DNA from: Patescibacteria group bacterium
GTDB lineage: Bacteria; Patescibacteriota; JAQUNI01
NCBI GenBank assembly: GCA_028717685.1
Contig: JAQUNI010000001.1
Span: 633,329 to 697,328 of the forward strand
Direction of reading: 5' to 3'
DNA length: 64,000 nucleotides
In this document: piece by piece, positions 39,059 through 48,983 of the stretch
How positions within the stretch are numbered: the first letter of the stretch is position 1
Layout: every line of letters begins with the position of its first letter
Made by a program: the position numbers and the translations under genes
Notes under the pieces: generated by a model
The model's database searches: none
Seen by the model: the letters and a program-made list of their open reading frames with translations, nothing else
What the model was told of the DNA's origin: nothing

Positions 39059-39154
39059 CTATATTCTAGCAAAGCAGATGATTATTTTTTAATACCCACA
39101 TTAGATAGCAAGAAATTTTGTGATATAATGAATGTGATTTTTAAAAACAAAACT

Positions 39155-39757
39155 ATGAAAAAAATTGCCATTATCGTGGGTGCGATGTTGCTTTTTTCGG
39201 GTTGTAGTATTGGTGCGAATAAAGCATCCGAATCTGATACCAGCCAAGTCCAAAAAGGGAAAGAGGGAGAAGTTTGCAGCGCCAGCAAGATTTGCGAGGA
39301 GGGACTGAAATGTATCAGTAATATCTGTTCTTCGGGGGTCGTTGGTTCGGCATGCGCGACTTATAAAGATTGTCAAACGGGGTTGTACTGCATTAAAGCG
39401 GTCTGCTCTAATCCGCCTTCTTATACCCAATACTTTAACAAAATTCAGATCGGTAAAATGAAACCAGAACCGCCAGGGCCAAAAAATATTCCCGTTCCTG
39501 CCACCGAATTTACCTCGGCTGACACTCTGGAAATTGATGTGCAGACCAAAACCGGCGTGACAGGCACTTTGCATTATGAACTCATCAATGCCACGACAGG
39601 TCAAACCGAAATGTCTAGCGCGGACAACAAACAGAAAGTAGCGCCAGGATCGTGGGGGACAGGGTTCATGATCCCTGCAGGATTGTCGGGGCAATACGAT
39701 TTGAATATCTATTTTAATGACGAGCTTATTTACACGACTACTATTACTGTGACCTAA
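39155..39757 (+). CDS. Putative lipoprotein with Cys-rich repeats and an Ig-like domain
   Basis: LLFSGC lipobox; two C..C..GL.C....C units. Confidence 0.75.
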   Translation: MKKIAIIVGAMLLFSGCSIGANKASESDTSQVQKGKEGEVCSASKICEEGLKCISNICSSGVVGSACATYKDCQTGLYCIKAVCSNPPSYTQYFNKIQIGKMKPEPPGPKNIPVPATEFTSADTLEIDVQTKTGVTGTLHYELINATTGQTEMSSADNKQKVAPGSWGTGFMIPAGLSGQYDLNIYFNDELIYTTTITVT

Positions 39758-39760
39758 TAG

Positions 39761-39797
39761 TAAACCCCGTTAGAGAGTCGTTCTCTAATGGGGTAAA
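39761..39797. repeat. CCCCGTTAGA..TCTAAYGGGG palindromic element
   Basis: Copies also at 53929-53967 and 63534-63578. Confidence 0.8.
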
Positions 39798-40008
39798 TAA
39801 CGAAATCGCAGAACCATAAGGAGGTGTGCATTTTGACTACACTTTTTTTGAGCTGACTAATTAAACAGGTTCTAACCCTTCGGCTTAGTTCGATAGGTAT
39901 GACGGTGAGCCCGTCGAACCGATAACTATAAATTGCTTGAGGGCAGGCGTTCGTCCCGAGAGGACTTGAGCCCCGAGGGGCTATTGTCTACGATGCGGAG
40001 TTTATATT

Positions 40009-40038
40009 AAAAAAATGGCTTAAATAAAGCCATTTTTT
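40009..40038 (+). repeat. Repeat family T hairpin
   Basis: AAAAAAATGGCTTAAATAAAGCCATTTTTT, preceded by GCGGAG. Confidence 0.8.
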
Positions 40039-40217
40039 GTTTCCAGTATTGACTTATCCGACAAAATAGGAAATAATGATGTTTATAGGATTTATTTTTT
40101 TTATTGAGATGGTTCTTTTTTACTAAAATTAATCTAGTATATTAAGCGGCAGAAGCGACCTTTGAGATGTATATAATATTTTTTGAAGTAATCATTATTT
40201 TTTGTGGAGGTGAAGAT

Positions 40218-41165
40218 ATGCAAGGAGGGCAGCATTGGAATATTCTGAAAGAGATCCCTGTTTCCATTAATAATATTATTGGTGACCCCTTCGTTCCAGC
40301 GCAGATAGAAGACACTTTTTATAAGTTATCTAGCTTACGGGCATCCGGTCATAAAGGGCCGATTTCCATCATCACTAAATCCAAATTTGATACCGCGATG
40401 TTGGAGAGGCTCTCCCTTTATGGCGATATGACCAACTTGATCATTTTCTACACATTAACAGGAATGAAAGAAGGAGGCATCCCGTTTCCGGAAAGAATTC
40501 AGACTTATAAAGAACTGGCACAGCTTAAATCTCACACTGTCTTGCTCTATCGCCCGATTATTCAGGGCCATAATGATTCCCCGGAAATAATTAAGACTAT
40601 GGTGGACCTTTGCAAAGTGACAGGAACCCGTCTTGTTTATACCGGATTTTATAACCAGAAGAAAGAGAAGTTTCTTAATCCTGTAACAGAAAATAAAATT
40701 GTTCAATATGCTAGGGAAATGGGCGTTGGGAATTTTCCCAAATCAGCCTGCGCAACAAGCGATATTTTAGGTGATGTTTGTTTCGCGCATGTGAACGAGG
40801 GGTCCATGAACTTAAAGTTGATCAGGGAACTTTACGATATAGAGGACCAAGATGGGAAGATTATCCTTGCTTATGGTACGCCCGGTGATCGTAATTTCAT
40901 TCGTTTCATCACCCATGCCAATGTTACTATCAACAAGAGTGAGCCTTACCATTTTTTATCTCTTCAGACAGAGATCCCTTTATTATGTTCATCAAGCTGG
41001 TTTAGCTGGAGCCAGATTGTGCCTTGCAGTATAGGATGCTGGTACTGCTCAACAGAATATGTGTTTCCGGAATGCAAGGAGCCGAAACAAATTGGATGCA
41101 ACCCCGTAGAAATCCCGCATCTTGTTTCAGATAACATCGTTATGCCCGTTGGCGCATTATCTTAA
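40218..41165 (+). CDS. Radical SAM-like protein (SPL/Rv2578c-like core) with a C-terminal CxxxCxxC
   Basis: GGAGG RBS; GDPF, IITK, RPIIQGHNDS core motifs; CSIGCWYC at 41025-41048. Confidence 0.7.
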   Translation: MQGGQHWNILKEIPVSINNIIGDPFVPAQIEDTFYKLSSLRASGHKGPISIITKSKFDTAMLERLSLYGDMTNLIIFYTLTGMKEGGIPFPERIQTYKELAQLKSHTVLLYRPIIQGHNDSPEIIKTMVDLCKVTGTRLVYTGFYNQKKEKFLNPVTENKIVQYAREMGVGNFPKSACATSDILGDVCFAHVNEGSMNLKLIRELYDIEDQDGKIILAYGTPGDRNFIRFITHANVTINKSEPYHFLSLQTEIPLLCSSSWFSWSQIVPCSIGCWYCSTEYVFPECKEPKQIGCNPVEIPHLVSDNIVMPVGALS

Positions 41166-41244
41166 ATTATGCTTAAAACGGGCTTTTTATTTTTAACTTG
41201 AGAAAAGCGTCAAAGCAGGGTAAAATTAAAAAAGAGATAAAATT

Positions 41245-41961
41245 ATGTGTAAAAAACCAATTGCCATTGCCACAATTTCTTTAAATAGGACCCCCGAAGA
41301 AGGAGAAACAGTTTTAGAGACAGTGAAAATTCTGAATAGTCTTGGTATCCCCATAGTAATAGCAGATGGCGGTTCCCCAATAAAACAAAAGAAAATAATG
41401 AAATCATTTTCCAATGTTACTTTTTTGGAAGCAGAAGGACTGACCAATGAAATAAAGACCACTTTTTGGCAGGGCGCGGCAATGGCTGATTCTCTTTTCT
41501 ATCTTCATTTGGATAAATTGGATTTTGTCAGGAAATATGTTCCGAAGTTGATTCAACACTACCTCGCTTGCAAAAAGAAAAAGATGCTTGTTGTTGCGCG
41601 GACTAAAAAGTCCTTCCAAACTTATCCTCCCTACCAAAGGAAAGTGGAGGAATATTTGAATTATGTTCTCGGAGACTATTGCGGTTTAAGGTCGGATTAT
41701 TATTATGGTCCGAAGATTTTTTCCTCAATGCTTGTCCCATATCTTAAAGCGCTCAAAGGGGATGTGGCTTTTGGCATTGAAGCCTATTTTTATGTTTTAA
41801 ATCACAGACTCTCTCTGCCTATGGAATTCTATCCCGTGGAGATTACCGCCCCTGCCGAGGTGCTTGCAGACGAGCTCGAATTCAAACAATATCGTTTGAA
41901 AGGTCTTTCGCAACAGGTAGAAGGTTTTTTACAGGGGCAGAAAGTGGAAGTCGCAGGGTAA
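41245..41961 (+). CDS. Hypothetical protein, GT-A/GT2-like fold
   Basis: PIVIADGGS, YLHLDK, ART.KSFQTYP..Q. Confidence 0.6.
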   Translation: MCKKPIAIATISLNRTPEEGETVLETVKILNSLGIPIVIADGGSPIKQKKIMKSFSNVTFLEAEGLTNEIKTTFWQGAAMADSLFYLHLDKLDFVRKYVPKLIQHYLACKKKKMLVVARTKKSFQTYPPYQRKVEEYLNYVLGDYCGLRSDYYYGPKIFSSMLVPYLKALKGDVAFGIEAYFYVLNHRLSLPMEFYPVEITAPAEVLADELEFKQYRLKGLSQQVEGFLQGQKVEVAG

Positions 41962-42146
41962 TTCCCATCTTAAAAAGATGGCTCATTTAACAGCCTATAT
42001 TAAAAATGGTTCCTATTGCGTTATTTTTCAATGGCAAAATTTCCAAGGGCATTGTCCAGAAATACTGTAACTTTTAGCGATTTTATATTATAATATTAAT
42101 GAAGGGTAATAAAATAAATTAAATAAAAAATAAAGAGGAGGTAAGA

Positions 42147-42614
42147 ATGAAAAAGTATATTTACATCTTGGTTATTCTAGTTGTGATCGTGGTGGGTTTA
42201 GGAGCTTATTTTTTGTGGAAGCGGTCAAATGCGCCGCAAGCCGCGCCTTCTGTTGGTCCGCAGAGCGTTTCGCAGGTGCTGTCGGAGGTGGAAAAGATCT
42301 CCGGGTTGCCCAGCGCAAAGCCAGTAAAAGTGAAACAGGATTTTGGCAGCACAGAGAATTTGCTGGACGCTCAAGGCTTTACCTTTACAGCAAAGTTGGG
42401 TGCGCCGGAAATTCAGCAAAAAGTTGACTCTACAGATGAGTGGCTCAAAAATCAGGGATTTACGGCACAAGAATTCAAGCAACCCGAATCAGACAGTGTG
42501 GGTAATCGGTTTATAAAATACAAAAAAGGCTCCACGGAGTGCGTTTTGGAAAAAACGGACATTGAAAGCCAAGACACAAGCGAAGTCTCTTTTGGTTGTC
42601 GTGAATTAAAGTAG
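42147..42614 (+). CDS. Hypothetical membrane-anchored protein
   Basis: GGAGG RBS, N-terminal TM. Confidence 0.75.
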   Translation: MKKYIYILVILVVIVVGLGAYFLWKRSNAPQAAPSVGPQSVSQVLSEVEKISGLPSAKPVKVKQDFGSTENLLDAQGFTFTAKLGAPEIQQKVDSTDEWLKNQGFTAQEFKQPESDSVGNRFIKYKKGSTECVLEKTDIESQDTSEVSFGCRELK

Positions 42615-43025
42615 AGGGAAGGCGAAGCCGCATAAAAAACAGACACGCGAGGCAACTCTAGAGAGGTGAAACTTGAGAGATTTCTGTTTAAAAAAATCAA
42701 AACAAAAAAATATAAGGATGGAATATGGTCATTATTCTATATTTTGCCTAGGCTAGTCTTGGGTATATTTTTTGTTTTTAGCTGATAAAGAAAAAGGGGA
42801 ATAGTTTTGCGCGCGTCAAAATATCAGGGTGATAGTATGAGCGCACTAAATTACACATAAAATTTTGCCCTTTTGGAAAAATATGCTAAAGTAGTTTGAT
42901 GTTTTCGGGAAGGAGGGAAACATCAAAAAGTTTTGTTTTTTCGTTCTTTCATAAATAAGAGCCGCGCGCGGCGGAATATTGGGATAGGCTCTTTTTTGTT
43001 TATTAGTTAAGGGAGGAATTGTGGT

Positions 43026-44195
43026 ATGGATAAGAGAAAGGTCAACATAGGTTTAATTGGTTACAAATTTATGGGCAAGGCGCACAGCCACGCTTATCTG
43101 GATATGCCTAAATTTTTTCCGGATACAAGTGGTGTGCCGGTAATGCAGGCTGTGTGCGGAAGGAACGCAAGTGATCTTATTACTTTTGCGCGACAATGGG
43201 GATGGAAAAATTCATGTACGGATTGGCGCGATCTTATAGAACGGGATGATATTGATCTCGTGGACATTACCGCACCGAACAATAGTCACGCAGAAATCGC
43301 TATTGCAGCTGCGAAAGCAGGTAAACATGTGTTCTGTGAAAAACCGCTAGCAATGAACGTCATTGAAGCACGAGATATGCTAGGAGCTGTAAAAGAAGCT
43401 GGTGTCAAGCACATGATCAACTTTAATTATCGTAAAGCTCCAGCAATCGCACTTGCGAAGAAGATGATTGACGAGGGAAAGCTTGGTAAAATCTATCACT
43501 TCCGCAGCGTCTATCTGCAGGACTGGATAATTAACCCTGATTTTCCGATCGTATGGCGCCTAGATAAGACTGTTGCCGGTTCGGGCTCTCTTGGAGACCT
43601 TGGCGCTCATATAGTGGACCTTGCCAGATACCTCATTGGTGAGTTCAAGTTCGTTGTTGGTATGGGAGAGACTTTTATTAAGGAACGTCCATTGACCGAG
43701 ATCGGCACTACCGGCGGATTAGCGGCAAAAGCGACTGGTGGCAAGGGCGAAGTTACTGTTGACGATGCTACGCTATTCCTCGCGAGGTTTGTAAATGGTG
43801 CTGTGGCGACTTTTGAGGTAACAAGGTTCGCCACAGGAAGGAAGAATTATAACAGATTTGAGATTAACGGCAGTAAAGGCAGTATAGTATTCAACCTTGA
43901 AAGAATGAATGAGCTGGAATACTACAATGTTGATGATCCTGAAGGTTTGCAGGGATTCAGAGTAATTCAGGTCACCGATCCATCACATCCATATATGCAA
44001 GCTTGGTGGCCGCCAGCCCACATCATCGGGTATGAACATACCTTTATACATCAGGTCTATGACTTGATGCAGGCTATAGCCAGTGATAAACAGGCATCTC
44101 CAAACTTTGAAGATGGCTTGGAATGTCAAAGAGTGTTGGAAGCAGTAAAGTGTTCGATAGAGGATGATAAATGGGTTCAGATATATTACATGTAA
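43026..44195 (+). CDS. Gfo/Idh/MocA oxidoreductase (levoglucosan dehydrogenase-like)
   Basis: GLIGYKFMGKAH, CEKPLA, YLQDW, GDLGAH. Confidence 0.93.
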   Translation: MDKRKVNIGLIGYKFMGKAHSHAYLDMPKFFPDTSGVPVMQAVCGRNASDLITFARQWGWKNSCTDWRDLIERDDIDLVDITAPNNSHAEIAIAAAKAGKHVFCEKPLAMNVIEARDMLGAVKEAGVKHMINFNYRKAPAIALAKKMIDEGKLGKIYHFRSVYLQDWIINPDFPIVWRLDKTVAGSGSLGDLGAHIVDLARYLIGEFKFVVGMGETFIKERPLTEIGTTGGLAAKATGGKGEVTVDDATLFLARFVNGAVATFEVTRFATGRKNYNRFEINGSKGSIVFNLERMNELEYYNVDDPEGLQGFRVIQVTDPSHPYMQAWWPPAHIIGYEHTFIHQVYDLMQAIASDKQASPNFEDGLECQRVLEAVKCSIEDDKWVQIYYM

Positions 44196-44237
44196 CCCAT
44201 TGGGTTATTGAAAAAAACAAGAAAGGAGAAAAGAAAA

Positions 44238-45251
44238 ATGGCAAGACCAGTGACTCTTTTTACAGGACAATGGGCAGATTTACCCCTAGAAAAACTTGCA
44301 ATCATGGCAAAAAAGTTTGGCTATGATGGGCTTGAACTTGCGTGTTGGGGCGATCACTTTGACGTGAGTGCCGCATTAAAGGTTAATTACTGTAGAGACA
44401 GATATTCAATTCTGCGTAATCAGGGGCTTGGAGTTTGGGCAATAAGTAATCACCTTGCTGGACAGGCAGTATGTGATAACATAGATCAGCGACATCAATC
44501 AATTCTTCCACCGCATATATGGGGTGATGGAAATCCTGAAGGTGTAAGACAAAGGGCGGCAGAGGAAATGAAAAATACAGCGAGAGCCGCTAGAATATTT
44601 GCTGATATAGTGGGTCACGAAATAGTCGTCTGCGGGTTTACTGGTTCAGGTATATGGCATCTGCTTTATTCATTCCCGCCTGTTTCACCAGATATGATTG
44701 ATGCTGGATACAAGGATTTCGCAGATAGATGGAATCCGATTCTTGACGTTTTTGACGAGGTTGGAGTGAAATTCGCTCTGGAGGCGCACCCAACGGAGAT
44801 AGCATTTGACGCATGTTCAGCAGCGAGAGCAGTTGAGGTATTAGATGGACGCAAAGCTTTCGGCTTCAACTATGACCCCAGCCATCTTGTGTATCAGGGG
44901 GTTGACTACATTAAATTCCTTGAAATGTTTGGCGATAGAATCTATCACGTACATATGAAGGATGCGTGGAAATCTGACAAACCAACCCTCGCTGGCACAT
45001 TTGGGGGGCACACTAACTTTGGCGATGTGAGACGCAATTGGGATTTCAGGTCGCTGGGGCGCGGAAGTGTTGATTTTGAGGAGATCATTCGTATGCTCAA
45101 CAGGGTCAATTATCAAGGTCCATTGAGTGTGGAATGGGAAGATTCAGGCATGGATCGTGAGCATGGCGCCGTTGAAGCCTGCGAGTTTGTGAAGGCATTG
45201 GATTTTCCGCCTTCAACTACAGCCTTTGATGCTGCTTTTGAGAAGAAGTAA
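44238..45251 (+). CDS. Sugar phosphate isomerase/epimerase (xylose isomerase-like TIM barrel)
   Basis: [30 protein letters not shown]. Confidence 0.92.
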   Translation: MARPVTLFTGQWADLPLEKLAIMAKKFGYDGLELACWGDHFDVSAALKVNYCRDRYSILRNQGLGVWAISNHLAGQAVCDNIDQRHQSILPPHIWGDGNPEGVRQRAAEEMKNTARAARIFADIVGHEIVVCGFTGSGIWHLLYSFPPVSPDMIDAGYKDFADRWNPILDVFDEVGVKFALEAHPTEIAFDACSAARAVEVLDGRKAFGFNYDPSHLVYQGVDYIKFLEMFGDRIYHVHMKDAWKSDKPTLAGTFGGHTNFGDVRRNWDFRSLGRGSVDFEEIIRMLNRVNYQGPLSVEWEDSGMDREHGAVEACEFVKALDFPPSTTAFDAAFEKK

Positions 45252-45265
45252 ATTTTCATTGATAC

Positions 45266-45300
45266 CCTGCAATCGTTCGATTGCAGGTTTTTTATTTTTT
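45266..45300 (+). terminator. Intrinsic terminator
   Basis: CCTGCAATCG-TT-CGATTGCAGG-T tract. Confidence 0.8.
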
Positions 45301-45380
45301 TTGGAATTGTGTTAAAATAAACATAAAGCTACAAACAAGCCGTCTGTAAAAATAAAGATCAAAAAATAACTTAAAAAAAT

Positions 45381-47756
45381 ATGCCTAAGAAAAAATTATT
45401 ACTCGGGATTTTGATTCCAGTTGGCGTTTTGATTTTAATCATTGTCGGCTTGTGGGTCTGGGGTTTTAGAGTACGTAAAAGTTTTTCCGCGAGGCAAAAC
45501 ATTACTGTTGATTTGCCGCAAGGAATGGATTACCAAAATTTGAATTCGGATGACCAAAAGAAACTTTTGCAGGATATTAAAAAGCACCTTCCAAATAAGA
45601 TTGTAGTTCCTAATGAAGAAGGGCAGCCGGTGCGGATTGTGCAGGATGTGATATTGACTCAAAATCAAAAAGCGCTGCCTGCGGGATTAAAGTCGCTTAG
45701 CGGCGACAAAATTCTGGAGAGCACGCCTGCTCAAACTCTTCCTCTTTTCAGTCAACCTCAAGCCGCATCCGAGAAAACAGATATTAAGGGAGCTTCTCGC
45801 GTGAAACAAGTTCAAGGGAGGAAGATAGCGGCTAGTGAGAGCGGCTCGGAACAGGAAGAAGAAATTAACTGGCCGGCGCTTGCCTATTCTTATAATGTGC
45901 CGCCGGGCGGTCAGGATAAGGGCGTGGAGTACAAGGAAATGGTGAAGATTATGGAGCTCACTAAAAAATATTATCCCACACTGGTCAAATATTATGGCGA
46001 GCCTTTTAATGTTAAAAATCGGTTTCTGATGTTTGTTTATGACCCTGCGGCTGAATCTTCCGTTTTCCTTCCCCAATACGATACGATTATCTTAGCAAGT
46101 TCCAGACCTTGGGAAGTGATTCCCGCTTTTGTCGCCGCGTTTCAAAGCAATTTTTACTCTGTGATTCCGGAAACTTGGAGAGACGGCATGGTTTATGCCG
46201 TAGCGCAACTCGCGATTCGGCAATTTCCAGAGGATTGGCCTCGCGATCCAATGATGGATATAATCGTTCAGGGTGTGGAAGGCAGTTATGAAAAATATAA
46301 TGTGGCGGCTTATCCTATCTTGGGCGCGAAGACCACTTATCTTAATGATTTTCCTGATTTTGCTTGGAAACGTCCTTTTTTGGCAGCCGCGGCGTGGCTC
46401 AAAATTTATCAATATGACAGAGAGTTCTTCCGCCGAATGAATATTGAGCTTTATGGCAATTCCTTGGACAGCGAAATCTGGCAGGATGAAATGAAGGTCT
46501 TTCTGCGCACCAAGAATATTTTTTATCCCGAGATTGAAAAGTTTACACCGGACTCTTGGTATAATAATCAGCATGTTTTACATCAAACACAAACCAATCC
46601 CATTGTTTTTTTAATGTGGGCGCTTTTTGGCAGCACCTTTGTGGTGGAGGACAATGGGATTCATCTGTATGAATTTAAAACTGCGAATGCCGGGCAAGGG
46701 ACGCGTTTTGAGCCCCGCCAGAATCGTTCGCATATGCTCCAAATTCACAATGACCGCGCTTTACTTCAAACTATCAGCCGGAATACAGACAGCCGTGGTC
46801 AGATTGACATTCCTCTCGCGGAAGCAGGGACTTTAAGCAACGGTCGCTATGAAGTGAGATATAGCGAGGAAGTCATTCCCATTAACTATGCCTACTTTAC
46901 GGAAAAACCGTATGCCTTATATGGAAGCGTGGATAATTTCGGGGAAGGGAAGATTTTAGCTTATGACCAGAACCAAAATCTGTTGGGAGAGGCGCCGATT
47001 TCCGCAGGCGCTTTTCGTTTTGAGAGACACTTTCAGGGCGTGATTAAATTAGATATTCAGGACTACTTGGGTGATATTCCTTTACATAAGGAGCTTTCCA
47101 AACCTGAAGGTCCATATTATGCCGCCCTCGCTTCGCGCTCCTCCTCTTATGAGCCGGAGGGACCAGGCTCGCGCGGCGCTCCGCCGATCGGCGAAGGTGA
47201 GACAACCGCACCGGAGAGCGAGGACACTTCTCCCGCTCCTCGCAATGTAGCGCCTCCAGCGCCGCAGACAGAAGGACTGCCGAATACTTTTATTTCCGAC
47301 AAGTATAAATTTAAGATTAATTATCCAGATGATTTTGACGCGACGGACACCACTAAATTACAGGGACCAAACCTGACTCCTGATATTCCTATTAAAAGCG
47401 AACAAGCGGCGCAGTTTACGGAAAAGAATAAGCAAATCGGCGCGAAAGAGGTGGGGATTATTTGGCATTCCAATCCGGATAAATCGTTGAAAAGTTTTGC
47501 GGAAGATTATACGTCTATAACAGCAACAGAGGCGCAGTATGGCGCCCTGACCATTAACGGTCGGGAGGTAGTTACGGCGAAGTATAAAGTGACGCCGGGG
47601 GCGCCCGGTAATCCAGCCGCGCGGCTCCCCGAGGTGGAAATGAAAAGTTATTTTATAAACAGGGGGACTGATGTTTTTATTTTTGGTTGCACTCTAGATA
47701 AAGAGAGCCAGGATTTGCTCAATAAAATGATTCAGACCTTTGATTTTGTGCAATAA
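45381..47756 (+). CDS. Large membrane-anchored extracellular protein with a C-terminal PsbP-like domain
   Basis: N-terminal TM, Pro-rich linker, YKFKINYP..MIQTFDF. Confidence 0.7.
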   Translation: MPKKKLLLGILIPVGVLILIIVGLWVWGFRVRKSFSARQNITVDLPQGMDYQNLNSDDQKKLLQDIKKHLPNKIVVPNEEGQPVRIVQDVILTQNQKALPAGLKSLSGDKILESTPAQTLPLFSQPQAASEKTDIKGASRVKQVQGRKIAASESGSEQEEEINWPALAYSYNVPPGGQDKGVEYKEMVKIMELTKKYYPTLVKYYGEPFNVKNRFLMFVYDPAAESSVFLPQYDTIILASSRPWEVIPAFVAAFQSNFYSVIPETWRDGMVYAVAQLAIRQFPEDWPRDPMMDIIVQGVEGSYEKYNVAAYPILGAKTTYLNDFPDFAWKRPFLAAAAWLKIYQYDREFFRRMNIELYGNSLDSEIWQDEMKVFLRTKNIFYPEIEKFTPDSWYNNQHVLHQTQTNPIVFLMWALFGSTFVVEDNGIHLYEFKTANAGQGTRFEPRQNRSHMLQIHNDRALLQTISRNTDSRGQIDIPLAEAGTLSNGRYEVRYSEEVIPINYAYFTEKPYALYGSVDNFGEGKILAYDQNQNLLGEAPISAGAFRFERHFQGVIKLDIQDYLGDIPLHKELSKPEGPYYAALASRSSSYEPEGPGSRGAPPIGEGETTAPESEDTSPAPRNVAPPAPQTEGLPNTFISDKYKFKINYPDDFDATDTTKLQGPNLTPDIPIKSEQAAQFTEKNKQIGAKEVGIIWHSNPDKSLKSFAEDYTSITATEAQYGALTINGREVVTAKYKVTPGAPGNPAARLPEVEMKSYFINRGTDVFIFGCTLDKESQDLLNKMIQTFDFVQ

Positions 47757-47786
47757 ATTGGTTAACTTTCTAAAAAGGAGGTTAAA

Positions 47787-48677
47787 ATGAAAATTAGACA
47801 TTTGGTTTTAATTCCTATCCTACTCGGGTCATTAGCGATTTTGCCCGGTTGCACTGGTTATGAAATTTTAGATGTTGCTTTTGAAATTGCGGATGACATG
47901 TTTCATTTAAGTGGCGATGATGACCACGATGGCTTGACTAATCATCAAGAAGAGAGTGCGCATACCAATCCTGATGATCCTGATACGGATCATGATGGGC
48001 TGGACGATTATCAAGAGGTGAGGATTTACAAAACTGACCCCAATAATCCGGATACAGACGGTGATGGAATGATGGATGGTCCAGAGGTATATGCGGGACG
48101 CAATCCCCTCGTGCCTGATAATCCTGAACCGGGTACGGTTAGCCGTGGAGGGTCGGAGGAAGAGGATACAACGCCGCAAGCAGACCAGGACAGCGCGCCA
48201 CCCGCCGAGACTCCTACCGAACCCCGCGAGAGCAGTGAGGCGCCGGTTTTGACAGGGGGGCATACCTATCTTAATGAAGCCTGCCGTTTTTCTTTTCATT
48301 ATCCTAATGATTGGGAGATTCAAAGCGCAGAATTTTATACAATGTTAGATGGGACCAAAGCAGATTTTCCGACGGTAATTTTAGTAAGAGATGAAGCTCC
48401 TAATGACAAGATTGCCTTGAATATGCGCCAGGCTTTTTGTATGACCGTGGAGCCATATGACAAGAAGACAGAGAGCGCCGGCGCGAGAAAAGTGAATGTT
48501 TACACTTATTATAGCGCTGATCGCAAAACAAAAATTGGCGGCTGTTTGGAAGCAGAAGTAGAGGCGCTTAATATGAAGGGCAAAACAGTGACCTATACCT
48601 TTATTTCGCAATCCGATGATTCCATAGTTCTATCCGCTTTTAAAGAAGCAGTCAAAACATTCCAAGTGATAAAATAA
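47787..48677 (+). CDS. Lipoprotein with DxDxDG Ca-binding (bacterial TSP3-like) repeats and a PsbP-like domain
   Basis: ILPGC lipobox; DDDHDGL, DTDHDGL, DTDGDGM; FSFHYPNDW. Confidence 0.8.
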   Translation: MKIRHLVLIPILLGSLAILPGCTGYEILDVAFEIADDMFHLSGDDDHDGLTNHQEESAHTNPDDPDTDHDGLDDYQEVRIYKTDPNNPDTDGDGMMDGPEVYAGRNPLVPDNPEPGTVSRGGSEEEDTTPQADQDSAPPAETPTEPRESSEAPVLTGGHTYLNEACRFSFHYPNDWEIQSAEFYTMLDGTKADFPTVILVRDEAPNDKIALNMRQAFCMTVEPYDKKTESAGARKVNVYTYYSADRKTKIGGCLEAEVEALNMKGKTVTYTFISQSDDSIVLSAFKEAVKTFQVIK

Positions 48678-48711
48678 TCAAGACTGGAAAATATTCAATT
48701 AATATAAAAAA

Positions 48712-48915
48712 ATGCGCACTGAACAAGAGATTCAAACCAAACTTTCTGAACTTGAAAAAGAGTTAGCAGAAATAGAAGAAGGTTTTGATGATGAGATTGA
48801 AATGGCGGAGGATGATGATAATACAAAGGAAGCAGAAAATTTGGAAGGTGAAAAGGAGATTAAGATGGAAAAATTAGAGAAGCAGGTGGAAATTCTAAGG
48901 TGGGTTTTAAGCTAA
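48712..48915 (+). CDS. Small acidic coiled-coil protein
   Basis: MRTEQEI..LRWVL pattern; terminator follows. Confidence 0.7.
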   Translation: MRTEQEIQTKLSELEKELAEIEEGFDDEIEMAEDDDNTKEAENLEGEKEIKMEKLEKQVEILRWVLS

Positions 48916-48925
48916 TATGAATAAA

Positions 48926-48959
48926 ATAAACCTCGGCAAAACTTGCGCCGAGGTTTATT
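48926..48959. terminator. Bidirectional terminator between convergent genes
   Basis: AATAAACCTCGGC-loop-GCCGAGGTTTATT. Confidence 0.8.
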
Positions 48960-48983
48960 GTCTTTAAATAAAAGGACTCTAAT

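Noticed and set aside
19935-42000. CRISPR array from repeat families T and G
   Set aside because: Copies are mostly hundreds to thousands of bp apart with whole genes between them; no cas genes are present
42666-42785. 39-aa ORF ending PRLVLGIFFVFS, reminiscent of a DoxX start
   Set aside because: Too short and weak to support; at most a remnant
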